DNA of 64,000 nucleotides from Aggregatilineales bacterium (GTDB lineage Bacteria; Chloroflexota; Anaerolineae; Aggregatilineales; Ch27), in the NCBI GenBank assembly GCA_029976025.1, contig JARKNX010000109.1, positions 3,085 through 67,084 of the forward strand, read 5' to 3'. The position numbers were made by a program, and so were the translations under genes. The notes below the pieces were generated by a model. It worked only from the letters and a program-made list of their open reading frames with translations, did not search any database and was not told the origin of the DNA. Shown here piece by piece: positions 10,520 to 19,989 of this stretch (the first letter of the stretch is position 1; each line of letters begins with the position of its first letter).

Positions 10520-10565
10520 CCGCCGGGCGCAGTGATCATCTCCTGCGCCCGGCGGTGTTGTTATG
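10520..10565 (+). terminator. Terminator-like hairpin (perfect 13-bp stem) with a T-rich tail on the + strand
   Basis: CCGCCGGGCGCAG (10520-10532), a 10-nt loop, CTGCGCCCGGCGG (10543-10555), then TGTTGTTAT. It may also serve the convergent minus-strand gene ending at 10598. Confidence 0.6.
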
Positions 10566-10597
10566 TGGAACGGGAATCAGGCGCGGCGGGAGCGCGA

Positions 10598-11719
10598 TTA
10601 CCTGGCGGCAATCTCCCGCACGGCGGCCAGGAAGGCGTCATAGGCGGGCTTGGGCGTGCCGTCAAATTCGCGCAGACCCAGGCTGCACAGGAATTCGTGC
10701 ATCCGGGGGGATGTGGGCACGCCGGTGTAATACTGGACGAACAGGTCGCACACCGCCGCGCTCCAGTCGGAGAGCTGGAGGACGGACACGAACCGCACCG
10801 CAGGATACCGCCCCACTTCAGCGAAGAAGTTCTCCACAAAGGCGCGCTGCATCTCGACCGAGCTGCCGTTGGACGGGTCGGGCAGATAGCCGGCCGGGTA
10901 GCCCACCTCCTGCAGCAGCACCGGCAGGCCGCCGGCGACGTTGACCATCCGCGCGAGGTCCGCCCCGGCCACCGACGGATCGCGCACACTGAAATCGGCG
11001 TTGAGCGGATAGTAGGTGAAGGCGGCGGCATCGCTGACAGCGAGCAGGTCGCCGATATAGGCCCAGTTGCGCTCCACACCGCCAAGTGTCAGCGTCGCGC
11101 CCACGCCCAGCCGCGGCTCGATCTGGTGGGCGTGATCGCGGGCGGCGGCGACAAACCCGACGAAGCCGGGCGCTTCCGCCGGGCGCGATTCCAGCCACCC
11201 GTCCACCTCATTGCCGACCGAGACGAAGAACCCGTTGTGCGCGACCAGCAGCGGCACGACCGTGTCCAGCACGGCGGCGAACCGCCCGGTGATGGCCGGA
11301 TCGTCGAAGCGGCGGCCCTCCGCCAGCTCAGCTTCGCCGGCCGCCATCAGGTCGCGGGGGAGGGTGAGCCTGGTGGTGTTGATGGTGGTGATGCTCAGGT
11401 ACGGCTGCAGGTTGAGCGCATCCAGGATGCGGAGCATCTCCTCCAGGCGGGCGGTGTCGATGACGCCGGGGGCTGGCTCCAGATCGGACCAGCTTATCGA
11501 CAACTGGTAGGCGCTCAGGCCGGCCTGGATCAGCTCGCCCAGCGCCGCTTCCAGCACGGTCTGGGCGGCAGGGTTGTTCTCCGGCGCGGAGTAGATCACG
11601 CCGAGGTGCAGGCCGGGCGACAGCAGGGGGAGGGCGTCAGCGCCGTCCTGCGCCCGGCCAGGCGCTGCGGAACCCGTGACCAGCCAGAGGAGGAGCAGAA
11701 GCATTATCAGGCGGCGCAT
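10598..11719 (-). CDS. Secreted clan GH-A (TIM-barrel, cellulase-like) glycoside hydrolase
   Basis: Signal peptide MRRLIMLLLLLWLVTGSAAPGRA, candidate acid/base motif VGNEVDGW and nucleophile motif LLQEVGYP. Start set at the ATG ending at 11719 rather than the 11797 start in the track. Confidence 0.6.
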   Translation of the reverse strand: MRRLIMLLLLLWLVTGSAAPGRAQDGADALPLLSPGLHLGVIYSAPENNPAAQTVLEAALGELIQAGLSAYQLSISWSDLEPAPGVIDTARLEEMLRILDALNLQPYLSITTINTTRLTLPRDLMAAGEAELAEGRRFDDPAITGRFAAVLDTVVPLLVAHNGFFVSVGNEVDGWLESRPAEAPGFVGFVAAARDHAHQIEPRLGVGATLTLGGVERNWAYIGDLLAVSDAAAFTYYPLNADFSVRDPSVAGADLARMVNVAGGLPVLLQEVGYPAGYLPDPSNGSSVEMQRAFVENFFAEVGRYPAVRFVSVLQLSDWSAAVCDLFVQYYTGVPTSPRMHEFLCSLGLREFDGTPKPAYDAFLAAVREIAAR

Positions 11720-11942
11720 TGGTGTTTCTCCTGACTGAAAACAAACGGTCGGGATACCCCCGCGCTGCATTCCCCGTAGCATGACATTATACGGCATTCA
11801 TGGGCGGCGAAGCCACCTACGACTCGCCGCTGTTTGCCATGCGGCCCGGCCGCCGCGCCCCGGGGTTGGGGAACGGGGTGGGCGTGTTATAATAACGCTA
11901 TGACGTTTTTCACAAACGGAAATTGATTGAGGAGGCCCGAAA

Positions 11943-12434
11943 ATGTACGAAAAGAGCATCGCGCTGCTGAATAAAGCGGTTGCTGACGAGATGTCCGCCG
12001 TCCACCAGTATATGTACTTCCACTTCCACTGCGAGGACATGGGCTACGACAAGCTGGCCGGCCTGTTTATGCGGACCGCCATTGAAGAGATGGGGCATAT
12101 CGAGCTGTGCGCGGAGCGTATCCTGTTCCTGGAGGGCGAGGTGGAGATGGTCGCCTCCAGCCCGGTGGAGAAGATCCACGATGTCAAGGCCATGCTGGAG
12201 AAAGCGCGGGCCATGGAGCAGGGCAGCGTGCGCGACTACAACCTGTGGGCCAACGAATGCTCGGCCAACGCCGACGCCGGCTCCCGGAAGGTCTTCGAGA
12301 GCCTGGTCGCCGACGAGGAGCGCCACTTCAGCAACTACGATCTGGAAGTAGACCGTATCGAGCAGTTTGGCGAGAAGTACCTGGCGCTGCAATCGCTGGG
12401 GGACGGCGCGGAAGCCGCCGAAGGCGAAGACTGA
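11943..12434 (+). CDS. bfr: Bacterioferritin
   Basis: Ferritin-like four-helix signature: LNKAVADEMSAVHQYMYFH, EEMGHIE (di-iron ligands plus the Met heme ligand), ADEERH; 163 aa. Confidence 0.85.
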   Translation: MYEKSIALLNKAVADEMSAVHQYMYFHFHCEDMGYDKLAGLFMRTAIEEMGHIELCAERILFLEGEVEMVASSPVEKIHDVKAMLEKARAMEQGSVRDYNLWANECSANADAGSRKVFESLVADEERHFSNYDLEVDRIEQFGEKYLALQSLGDGAEAAEGED

Positions 12435-12836
12435 GCCGGCCTCATCGCCGCCACCTGGTACAACACACATTCTGCGCCCGGGCGCCTTCCAGTACGGAGG
12501 CGCCCGCTGCGTTGTGAGGGGGGACGGATCAAACGTTGGTTGCGCGTCGAAGGCAACCTGTCCTGACTCCGGTTAACTGCATCACCACGCCCCATGATCC
12601 GGACGCGCGCTACCGCGTCAAACTCCTGACAGACTCTTCGCGGACAAGGCGGGGTATAATCAGGAGCGAAAGAGCGAGCGGCTGAGACCCTGTTCTCGTA
12701 CTGCAACACCGGGTGCCCGCATCGGGGCTATCGCAATATGGGCGCCTGCCCATCCAGATCGCACAACGTTTCAATCTACTGTACGTGAAGAAGGCTTACC
12801 GTCCACGTACTTAGGTGAACGTAAGGAGGGCGAATC

Positions 12837-13226
12837 ATGACGACGCAAGTTACGTTGTCACTGCCTGATGAAACCTACCGTCGCGCCGAGCGCCTGGCCC
12901 GGTTGACTGGTCGGAAAGTGGACGATATCCTCGCCGATACACTTCATATTTCGCTGCAACCCCTGGGAACACAGGCTCCGACTGGCATACCCATTGCAGA
13001 AATGTCTGATGCCGAGGTATTGGCCGTCGCCGATTCTCGAATGGATGCGACTCAGGATCAGCGCTTTGGTGAACTGCTGCATAAACAGCAGGCAGGAACC
13101 CTGCTAGACAACGAGCAGCCCGAGCTGCTGGCACTGATGCAGGTCTACCAGGAAGGATTGCTGCGAAAGGCGCAGGCGCTCAATGAAGCCGTGCATCGCG
13201 GTCTGCGAGAGCCGTTAGAGTCGTGA
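12837..13226 (+). CDS. Small hypothetical protein with a ribbon-helix-helix-like N-terminus, partner of the downstream HNH gene
   Basis: N-terminus VTLSLPDETYRRAERLARLTGRKVDDILAD is RHH/CopG-like. Its stop overlaps the HNH start (GTGA at 13223-13226). Local GC is visibly lower than the flanks. Confidence 0.5.
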   Translation: MTTQVTLSLPDETYRRAERLARLTGRKVDDILADTLHISLQPLGTQAPTGIPIAEMSDAEVLAVADSRMDATQDQRFGELLHKQQAGTLLDNEQPELLALMQVYQEGLLRKAQALNEAVHRGLREPLES

Positions 13227-13639
13227 GCATCTCCGACGCACTACACGAGCGCGTTCGCAAGCAAGCCGGGGATCGCTGCGGATACTGTCAGAGTGCGCAG
13301 CGGTATGTATTCGGGCCTCTGGAAATCGATCATCTCACGCCGATGGCACGCGGTGGCACAGATGATGAGGAGAATCTGTGGCTGGCGTGCCGGATGTGCA
13401 ACGGTTTCAAGAGCGATCACACGCATGGGCGCGATCCGGTGACCGGCGAAGAAGTCCGGCTGTTCAATCCTCGAACCCAACACCGGGTAGAACATTTCGT
13501 ATGGGGCGAAGATGGAACGCAAATTGTCGGATTAACACCCTGTGGTCGGGCGACGGTTGTCGTGCTTCAGCTTAACAACGTGATCGCCGTGATGGTCCGG
13601 CGGGAATGGGTTGCGGCAGGCTGGCATCCGCCGAAATGA
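13223..13639 (+). CDS. HNH endonuclease family protein
   Basis: CGYC...EIDHLTPMARGG..DEENLWLACRMCNGFK is a classic HNH beta-beta-alpha-metal motif with two CxxC pairs. Confidence 0.85.
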   Translation: MSISDALHERVRKQAGDRCGYCQSAQRYVFGPLEIDHLTPMARGGTDDEENLWLACRMCNGFKSDHTHGRDPVTGEEVRLFNPRTQHRVEHFVWGEDGTQIVGLTPCGRATVVVLQLNNVIAVMVRREWVAAGWHPPK

Positions 13640-13814
13640 ACACTACGCGCAGGGTAGGTCTGGAATCCGTCACGACCCTTGCAAAACGCCCCCCAACTGC
13701 TTGACAGGCCTCTATTCCAGCTTCGCCTCCAAACCGGCCACATATTTCGCCCACCGTCTAGAACGTACGTGCTAATCTGAAGGCATCATCAGCCGGAGGA
13801 GGAGGGAGGCACGC

Positions 13815-15674
13815 ATGGAGCGGGTGGGTGAGGCCGCCAGGCGCGGCGCGGTCAAGATGATCGGCGAAGGCCGCATCGGCGGCTACCTGATCGTGTGGGG
13901 TGACGACGCTCACAAGGACCTGCACGGCGAATACTTCACGCCAGCGACAGACCTGGCCCTGGACTGGTACGCCCGGCGGCCCGTGCTCTACCACCACGGG
14001 CTGGATGGCGCGATCGGCCCGGCGCTGGTCGGCGTCATGGACGCGCTGCGGGCGGATGAGGTCGGCCTGTGGGCGGAGGCCCAGCTCGACCTGCACCGGC
14101 GCTACACGCGGGCCGTGCGCGATCTGGTGGCGCGCGGGGCGCTGGCCTGGAGCTCCGGCAGCCTGCCGCATCTGGTCGAAGTCGCGCCGGACGGGCGGAT
14201 CAAACGCTGGCCGCTCGTCGAAGGCAGCCTGACCCCGACCCCGGCTGAGCCGCGGCGCACGACAGTGGGGGCCATTAAGGGCGCATACGAGGCGCTCGGC
14301 CTGGACGCGGCGCGCCTGCTGGCTGCCCCTGATGACCTGAACATGACCGACGAAGGAGAAAACGCTGTGAACCGTGACGAAATTGCCGCCGCCGTCAGCG
14401 CGGCGCTGGAAGAACGGGCCGCGCTGGTGGAGCAGACCTCCGCCGCCGAAGCGCCGCACGGGCCGGTCCGCCGCCTGCCCACCGCCGACCCGGCGGAGGC
14501 GATCAAGGCCGGGCCGCGCATCACCGTCGGCAGCCCCTACGACGGCCTGGAGGCGCTGGATATGGCCCACGGCTACGTCATGCTGCGGGCGACGAAGGGC
14601 TTTCGCGGCGTGAGCGAGACCTACGCCAACGCGCTAGCCCACAAGGTCCGCCGGGCCGGGCTGAGCGCGCTCAAGGCCGACGAGCTGAGCACATCCACCC
14701 AGGCCGGCTACGGCGACGAATGGGTGCCCGACCTGTGGAGCGCCGAGTTGTGGCGGCAGGCGCGGCTGGAAAACGTGATCCTGCCCCTGTTCCGGGCCAT
14801 CGAGATGCCCGGCAATCCTTACGAGCTGCCCATCGAAGGGGCCGACCCGACCGTCTACTACGTGGCGGAGACGAACGATGAAGCCGACCTCACGCTGGGG
14901 CCGGGCAACCCCATCCCCGACAGCAAGATCGGCTCCGGCAAGGTGACGCTGGCGGCGCGCAAGCTGGCGCTGCGGGTGGGCTTCAGCGCGGAGCTGGCCG
15001 AGGACAGCCTGGTGCCCGTGCTGGGCATGTACCGTGAGCAGGCCATGCGCGCCCTGGCCGCCGCCATCGACAGCGTCCTGCTCAACGGCGACACTGAGAC
15101 CGGCGCGACCGGCCAGATCAACAGCGACGACGCCGCGCCGCCCGCCGGGGCGACCTACCTGGCTTTCAACGGCCTGCGCAAGCTGCCGCTGGTGACGACG
15201 ACGGCCAACAGCGTCAACGCCGGGGGCGATCCGTCGCTGGCCCTGCTGCGCCAGGTCCGCTTCACCATGGCCCACCGGTACAGCGTCAACCCGTCCCACC
15301 TGGCCTGGATCGTCGATGGCGGCACGTATGCCAAGCTGCTGGGTATCAGCGAGTTCCTGACGATGGACAAGGCCGGGCCGCACGCCACCGCCCTGACCGG
15401 CCAGATCGGCATGGTGGACGGCATCCCGGTGCTGGTGTCGGCGGCGATGCCGCTGACGATGGCCGATGGCAAGGTCAACGCCAGCGGCAACACCAAAGGG
15501 CAGGCCGTGTGCGTCTACCGCCCCGGCTGGATCGTCGGCTACCGCCGCCGCGTCGCCGCCTCGGTGGATTACCTGCCGTACTACGACGCCTACCAGATGA
15601 CGGCCACGGTGCGGCTGGTGCTGGCCCGGCTGGATGCCGACGTGTCGGCGGCGCTGTACAACATCACCGTGTAG
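13815..15674 (+). CDS. Phage prohead protease (HK97/U35-S78 type) fused to an HK97-fold major capsid protein
   Basis: N-terminal ~170 aa are protease-like (GYLIVWG..D.HGEYF, AWSSGS, LVEGSLTPTPAEP). A helical linker follows. The C-terminal ~400 aa are MCP-like (YGDEWVPDLW, PIEG..PTVYYVAE, LALRVGFSAELAEDS, LLNGDTE). Confidence 0.8.
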   Translation: MERVGEAARRGAVKMIGEGRIGGYLIVWGDDAHKDLHGEYFTPATDLALDWYARRPVLYHHGLDGAIGPALVGVMDALRADEVGLWAEAQLDLHRRYTRAVRDLVARGALAWSSGSLPHLVEVAPDGRIKRWPLVEGSLTPTPAEPRRTTVGAIKGAYEALGLDAARLLAAPDDLNMTDEGENAVNRDEIAAAVSAALEERAALVEQTSAAEAPHGPVRRLPTADPAEAIKAGPRITVGSPYDGLEALDMAHGYVMLRATKGFRGVSETYANALAHKVRRAGLSALKADELSTSTQAGYGDEWVPDLWSAELWRQARLENVILPLFRAIEMPGNPYELPIEGADPTVYYVAETNDEADLTLGPGNPIPDSKIGSGKVTLAARKLALRVGFSAELAEDSLVPVLGMYREQAMRALAAAIDSVLLNGDTETGATGQINSDDAAPPAGATYLAFNGLRKLPLVTTTANSVNAGGDPSLALLRQVRFTMAHRYSVNPSHLAWIVDGGTYAKLLGISEFLTMDKAGPHATALTGQIGMVDGIPVLVSAAMPLTMADGKVNASGNTKGQAVCVYRPGWIVGYRRRVAASVDYLPYYDAYQMTATVRLVLARLDADVSAALYNITV

Positions 15675-15709
15675 CGCGCGGCCGCGGTCTCCGTGAAGGG
15701 AGCGATTCC

Positions 15710-16534
15710 ATGATCACCTATGCCACACTGGACCAACTGCGGGAACGGCTGAATATCCCGGCGGGGGACGCGGCGACCGATGTGCGGCTGCTGCGGGCAC
15801 TGCGCGGGGCCACCGCCCAGATCGACCGCTACACGGCCCGCCGCTTCGCCCCGGTCGTGCAGACCCGCCGCTACGACTACCAGACTCCCTACAGCCTGCG
15901 GCTGGACCTGGACCTGCTGGAAGTGCTGGCGGTCACTAACGGGAACGGGGCACCCCTTGATCCGGGGGCGGTGACGCCGCTGCCGGACGGTGACGGCCCC
16001 CGCCACGCGCTGATGATCGCGCCGGGGTCGGGCGAGACGTTCGTCCCCGGCGGCGGGCGGGCGATCGCGGTGCGCGGCATCTGGGGCTGGCACGACGCCT
16101 GGTCGGAGGCGTGGCAGCCCTCCGGCGACGCGGTGCAGGACGACCCGCTGAGCGCCGGGTCCAGCCTGATCGCGGTGAGCGACGCCGACGGCGCGGGCCG
16201 GACCGCTGAACTCTCCCCGCGCTTTCAGCGGGGACAGCTCCTGCGCCTGGACGACGAGTACGCCCATGTGACGGCGGTGGACGCGCAGGCGGACACGATC
16301 AGCGTCATCCGGGGCGTGCGCGGCACGCTGGCGGAGTCGCACCCGGCGGGGACGGCGATTGCGGTCTATGTCCCGCCGGAAGACGTGGTCGCGCTGTGCC
16401 TGCGCTGGGCGGCGTGGCTGTATCAGCAGGTGGATGCCGCCGTCGGGGCCGGGGCGGACTGGCTGTATCCCGCCGAGCTGCCCGGCGACCTGCGGCAGCT
16501 CCTGGCGCCGCTGCGGCTGACGCGCGTCGCGTGA
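15710..16534 (+). CDS. Phage head-tail connector/adaptor (gp6-like N-terminus) protein
   Basis: N-terminus ITYATLDQLRERLNIP..D..LLRALRGATAQIDRYT is typical of gp6-like head-tail connectors. It lies directly downstream of the capsid gene. The internal ATG at 15710 is chosen as the start. Confidence 0.6.
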   Translation: MITYATLDQLRERLNIPAGDAATDVRLLRALRGATAQIDRYTARRFAPVVQTRRYDYQTPYSLRLDLDLLEVLAVTNGNGAPLDPGAVTPLPDGDGPRHALMIAPGSGETFVPGGGRAIAVRGIWGWHDAWSEAWQPSGDAVQDDPLSAGSSLIAVSDADGAGRTAELSPRFQRGQLLRLDDEYAHVTAVDAQADTISVIRGVRGTLAESHPAGTAIAVYVPPEDVVALCLRWAAWLYQQVDAAVGAGADWLYPAELPGDLRQLLAPLRLTRVA

Positions 16535-16562
16535 GCGCGCGCCGTGGCGTAGCGGCGGAAAA

Positions 16563-16597
16563 CAGGAACCGCAAAGGTGCAGAGGGCACGGAGAAAA
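16563..16597 (+). repeat. Intergenic repeat family A, copy 2
   Basis: caggaaccgcaaaggtgcagagggcacggagaaaaaac aligns with 4284-4317 with only a few mismatches. Confidence 0.7.
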
Positions 16598-16661
16598 AAC
16601 AGAAAGGTCCTCTGATAGTTCGAAGCCTGTTCATTCCGTCGAAGTCCCTGACAGAAGGGGC

Positions 16662-17111
16662 CTACCACTGGCGCGGGATGATCCAGCCGTTCTGCACTTT
16701 GTCAAATCCGATGTGCGGGTAGTAGTCCATGGCGTCGGGGGCGGACAGCAGCAGGAGCATTGCGCCGCCCCCGATGGCCGTCCGCACTTCCTCGATCAGC
16801 CGCCGGCCGATGCCCAGCCGCTGGTAGGGCAGTGCCACGGCCAGATCGGAAAGGTAGCAGCAGTAGGAGAAATCGGTCAGGGCGCGGGCCACGCCGATGA
16901 GCTGCTCCTCGCCGTTTTCCGCCGGGAGGTACGCGCCCACGATCAGATTGGCGTGGGCCAGCATCTGTCCGATGCGCGCCAGGTCATCCACCGGGCGGCG
17001 CAGCCCGGCGCTGCGGTAGACGGCGGCGACGGCTTCGGCGGTCAGCGTCGGATTGACGCGGTACAGCACGGCGGCGGGCGAGATGGGCGGCATCGAGTCG
17101 GTGGCTGACAT
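16662..17111 (-). CDS. GNAT family N-acetyltransferase
   Basis: Acetyl-CoA binding motif LAVALPYQRLGIGRRLIEE (Q/RxxGxG/A); 149 aa. Lies on the opposite strand between phage-like genes. Confidence 0.8.
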   Translation of the reverse strand: MSATDSMPPISPAAVLYRVNPTLTAEAVAAVYRSAGLRRPVDDLARIGQMLAHANLIVGAYLPAENGEEQLIGVARALTDFSYCCYLSDLAVALPYQRLGIGRRLIEEVRTAIGGGAMLLLLSAPDAMDYYPHIGFDKVQNGWIIPRQW

Positions 17112-17235
17112 CGGGAATCCTTTTCGGGTGAGAAACGCGCCCTCAACTCTACCACCCGGTGCAGCGGAGACAAGATAAAAGGGCAGATGATTTTTCTGGC
17201 GCTCGCGGCGGTTTGTGTGGGAAAGGCGGAGCCTG

Positions 17236-18768
17236 ATGCGCTACCGGGTGGAAGTGGACTGGAATTCCGACGGCGTTTTTGACGCGCCGGGCGAATCGCT
17301 GACGCGCGACGTGCTCCGGGTCGAGTGGGCGCTGGGGCTGGAGGAGCCGGAGGCATGTATGGCCGCGCCGTCGTGGGCGGTGGTGACGCTGCGCGACCCG
17401 GCCCGCCACTACGCCCCGGAACGCGCCGCCGGCCCGCTATACGGCCAGCTTGAGCCGCGCCGCAAGGTGCGGATCAGCGGCGAGCATGGCGGCGAGACGC
17501 GCGTTTACTTCACCGGCTGGGTGGAGGAGATCGCGCCGGGGCCGGGCCGGACGGCTGTCCTGCGCTGCGGCGGCGTGGAGGCGCTCCTGGCGCGGGCGGA
17601 GGTGTTCCTGCCGCTGCTCACCGCCGGGCGGGCGGACACAGTGGCGGCGGCGATCCTCGCCCGGGTGGCCTACCCCCCGGCCATCAGCGGCTACTGGCTG
17701 CTGGGCACGGCTTGCCTGGGCCGCGACACCCGCCTGCCGGACGTGACGACCTACGCCGAACTGGAGCGCGGCATCAGCGCTTTCGCTTACGTGGGCGACC
17801 GGGCCGGGGTATCGGCCTGGACTGCGCTGCGGGAAGTCGCCGAGGCGGAGCGCGGCCTGTGCTTTGTAGATCGGGGCGGGCGCGTCATTCTGTGGAACCG
17901 GCATCACCTCCCCTGCCGGCGCGACCCGCGGCTGGCGCTGACCGGGCGGGAGGCGCGCTTCACAGCCGCAGTCAGCGGCGCCGATATCGTCAACCGGGCG
18001 GTGATTACCTGCCACCCGCGCGAGGTCGGCGGCAGCCCGGAGGAGCTGTGGGAGCTGCGCGCGCCGCTGGTGCTGCCGCCGGGCGAAGCGCGGACGGTTC
18101 GCGCCCGCTTCGTGGATGGGGCCGGGCTGCCGTGCGGGGCGCTGTCTGTGCTCGCGCCCGTCCCCGGCGTGGACTATCGGGCCAGCGACCGCCCGGATGG
18201 CTCCGGCGCGGACTGCACCGGGAACGTGGCTGTGTCGGTCAAAGCGGGGGGGAGCAGCGCGGCGCTGACCTTCCGCAACGGGGGGGCGCGGCAGGCTTGC
18301 GTGCTGGCCGGGGCGCGGCTGCGCGGCATCCGCCTGATCGACCGCGGGCCGACCGCTGTCGAGCACGCCGACGCCCTCAGCGTCACCCGTTACGGGCGGC
18401 GGACAATCGGGCTGGACCTGCCGCTCCTCTCCAGCCCGGCGGAGGCGGCCCGCCTGGCCCGTCACCTGGTCGTCGAGCGCAGGGATCCGCGCGGGCGCGT
18501 CCGGGAGGTGACGCTGGAGCTGGCGACTTCGTCAGCCCTGCTGCCGGCGGCCCTGGCCCTGACGATAGGGGATTGCATACGGCTGGCAGACCCGGAGACC
18601 GGCCATGACGGCGTCTATTTCATCGTGGGCGAGCGGCACACGCTGGCGCGGGGCGGGGCGAAGCACACGATCGCGTGGACGGTGCGGGCCGCGCCGCCGC
18701 TGCTGTACTGGCAGCTCGGCGTGCCTGGCGCGGGGGAAGTGGGCGCGGCGACTACACTGGGATACTGA
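17236..18768 (+). CDS. Phage tail-like protein (possible distal tail/baseplate component); function uncertain
   Basis: N-terminus MRYRVEVDWNSDGVFD resembles siphovirus-type tail proteins. Sits in a phage structural gene context. No enzymatic motifs seen. Confidence 0.4.
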   Translation: MRYRVEVDWNSDGVFDAPGESLTRDVLRVEWALGLEEPEACMAAPSWAVVTLRDPARHYAPERAAGPLYGQLEPRRKVRISGEHGGETRVYFTGWVEEIAPGPGRTAVLRCGGVEALLARAEVFLPLLTAGRADTVAAAILARVAYPPAISGYWLLGTACLGRDTRLPDVTTYAELERGISAFAYVGDRAGVSAWTALREVAEAERGLCFVDRGGRVILWNRHHLPCRRDPRLALTGREARFTAAVSGADIVNRAVITCHPREVGGSPEELWELRAPLVLPPGEARTVRARFVDGAGLPCGALSVLAPVPGVDYRASDRPDGSGADCTGNVAVSVKAGGSSAALTFRNGGARQACVLAGARLRGIRLIDRGPTAVEHADALSVTRYGRRTIGLDLPLLSSPAEAARLARHLVVERRDPRGRVREVTLELATSSALLPAALALTIGDCIRLADPETGHDGVYFIVGERHTLARGGAKHTIAWTVRAAPPLLYWQLGVPGAGEVGAATTLGY

Positions 18769-18789
18769 GGGCGCGGGGCGGCCGTCCCC

Positions 18790-19704
18790 TTACAGGAACA
18801 GCAGCGCCGTGCCGATGACGGCGACTACGGTGCCCAGAATGGCCCGCTTCGTGATCTTGTCCTTGAACAGCACGCGGCTGATTGGCAGCAGGAAGATCGG
18901 CATCAGGCTGGTCAGCGTCGTCGCTACGCCCAGCGGCGCGTTTTGCACCGCGAGCAGCGCCAGCCACACCCCGACGAACGGGCCGACGAACGACCCCGCC
19001 GCGATATAGCGCAGCGCGTCCGGCTTCTGGCGCAGGAGGCGGAACGTCCCCTGCGCCTGTCCGCCCGGGAGCGCGATCAGCCAGATGGCGGCGGCGGCCA
19101 CCACGACGCGGATCAGGTTGCCGGACAGCGCCGGATACCCCCCCTCCAGCCCGATCCGCGAGGCCAGCATGCCGCCGGCCTGCCCCATGGCCGCCCCCAG
19201 CCCGCACAGCACCCCGATCAGATACCCCCGCCGGGAGGTGACCAGCACCGCGCTCGAATTGCCATTCTGCCGGTCGGCGACGACGATCATAATCCCCCCG
19301 ACCGTCAGGCCGATAGCCACCAGCTCCACCGGGGATAGCTGCTCATCCAGCAGCAGCCAGGCCATGATCGTGCTGAACACCGGGGCCAGCGCCATCAGTA
19401 ACATGCTCAGGCGCGGGCCGATCAGGACAAACCCCTGAAACAGGAAGCCGTCCCCGATCACGTAACCGATGAAGCCGGACAGCCCCATCCAGAACCAGCG
19501 ATAGCCGTCCGCGTCGGCCGGCAGAAAGGTTCCCTGGAGCAGGCGGTGCGTCAACACGACGAACACGACAGCGAACAGCAGGCGGGTGCGGTTGACCACC
19601 GGCGAGCCGACGCGGCGGCCCGACAGGGTAAAAAAGACGGAAGACAGGCTCCAGAAAAAAGACGCGCCCAGCGCGGCCAGTTGGCCGATAGTCTCAGCGA
19701 TCAT
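18790..19704 (-). CDS. EamA/DMT-superfamily transporter
   Basis: About 10 TM helices in two EamA-like halves; 304 aa. Confidence 0.8.
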   Translation of the reverse strand: MIAETIGQLAALGASFFWSLSSVFFTLSGRRVGSPVVNRTRLLFAVVFVVLTHRLLQGTFLPADADGYRWFWMGLSGFIGYVIGDGFLFQGFVLIGPRLSMLLMALAPVFSTIMAWLLLDEQLSPVELVAIGLTVGGIMIVVADRQNGNSSAVLVTSRRGYLIGVLCGLGAAMGQAGGMLASRIGLEGGYPALSGNLIRVVVAAAAIWLIALPGGQAQGTFRLLRQKPDALRYIAAGSFVGPFVGVWLALLAVQNAPLGVATTLTSLMPIFLLPISRVLFKDKITKRAILGTVVAVIGTALLFL

Positions 19705-19989
19705 GCAGCGATACTTTCAGGAGGGACAGCGAAGAGACGCAGTGACCGGGAGTGTACCGCACAATTCTCCGCCGGGGGCGGCAATTATCAAGAATTTGTT
19801 CGCGTTACTGTCAGATCGGAAAATTCCGGAGTACACTGAATATACCGGACTGCAGATTACCAGCGCCGGCGTTAATTCGAACTTCAGCGCACGGCCCTGT
19901 GAAGGTCCGTGTCTGCCCTGTAGTGTCAGATAGCTTTACCGGGATGCGGGCGGTCTTTGCGGCAAGAACGGCTCAGTGAGTCTGATGAT

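Noticed and set aside
10532-11734. 400-aa plus-strand ORF
   Set aside because: It is antisense to the secreted glycoside hydrolase gene, which has a signal peptide and catalytic motifs. The shadow ORF is Arg/Gly/His-rich without recognisable domains.
12650-12836. TATAAT box at about 12652 followed by GGCTGAGACCC, reminiscent of a TPP (THI-box) riboswitch CUGAGA core
   Set aside because: The remaining THI-box consensus (ACCUGAUCUGGAUAAUGCCAGCG-like segment) is absent and the downstream gene is unrelated to thiamine. It is probably just a leader region.
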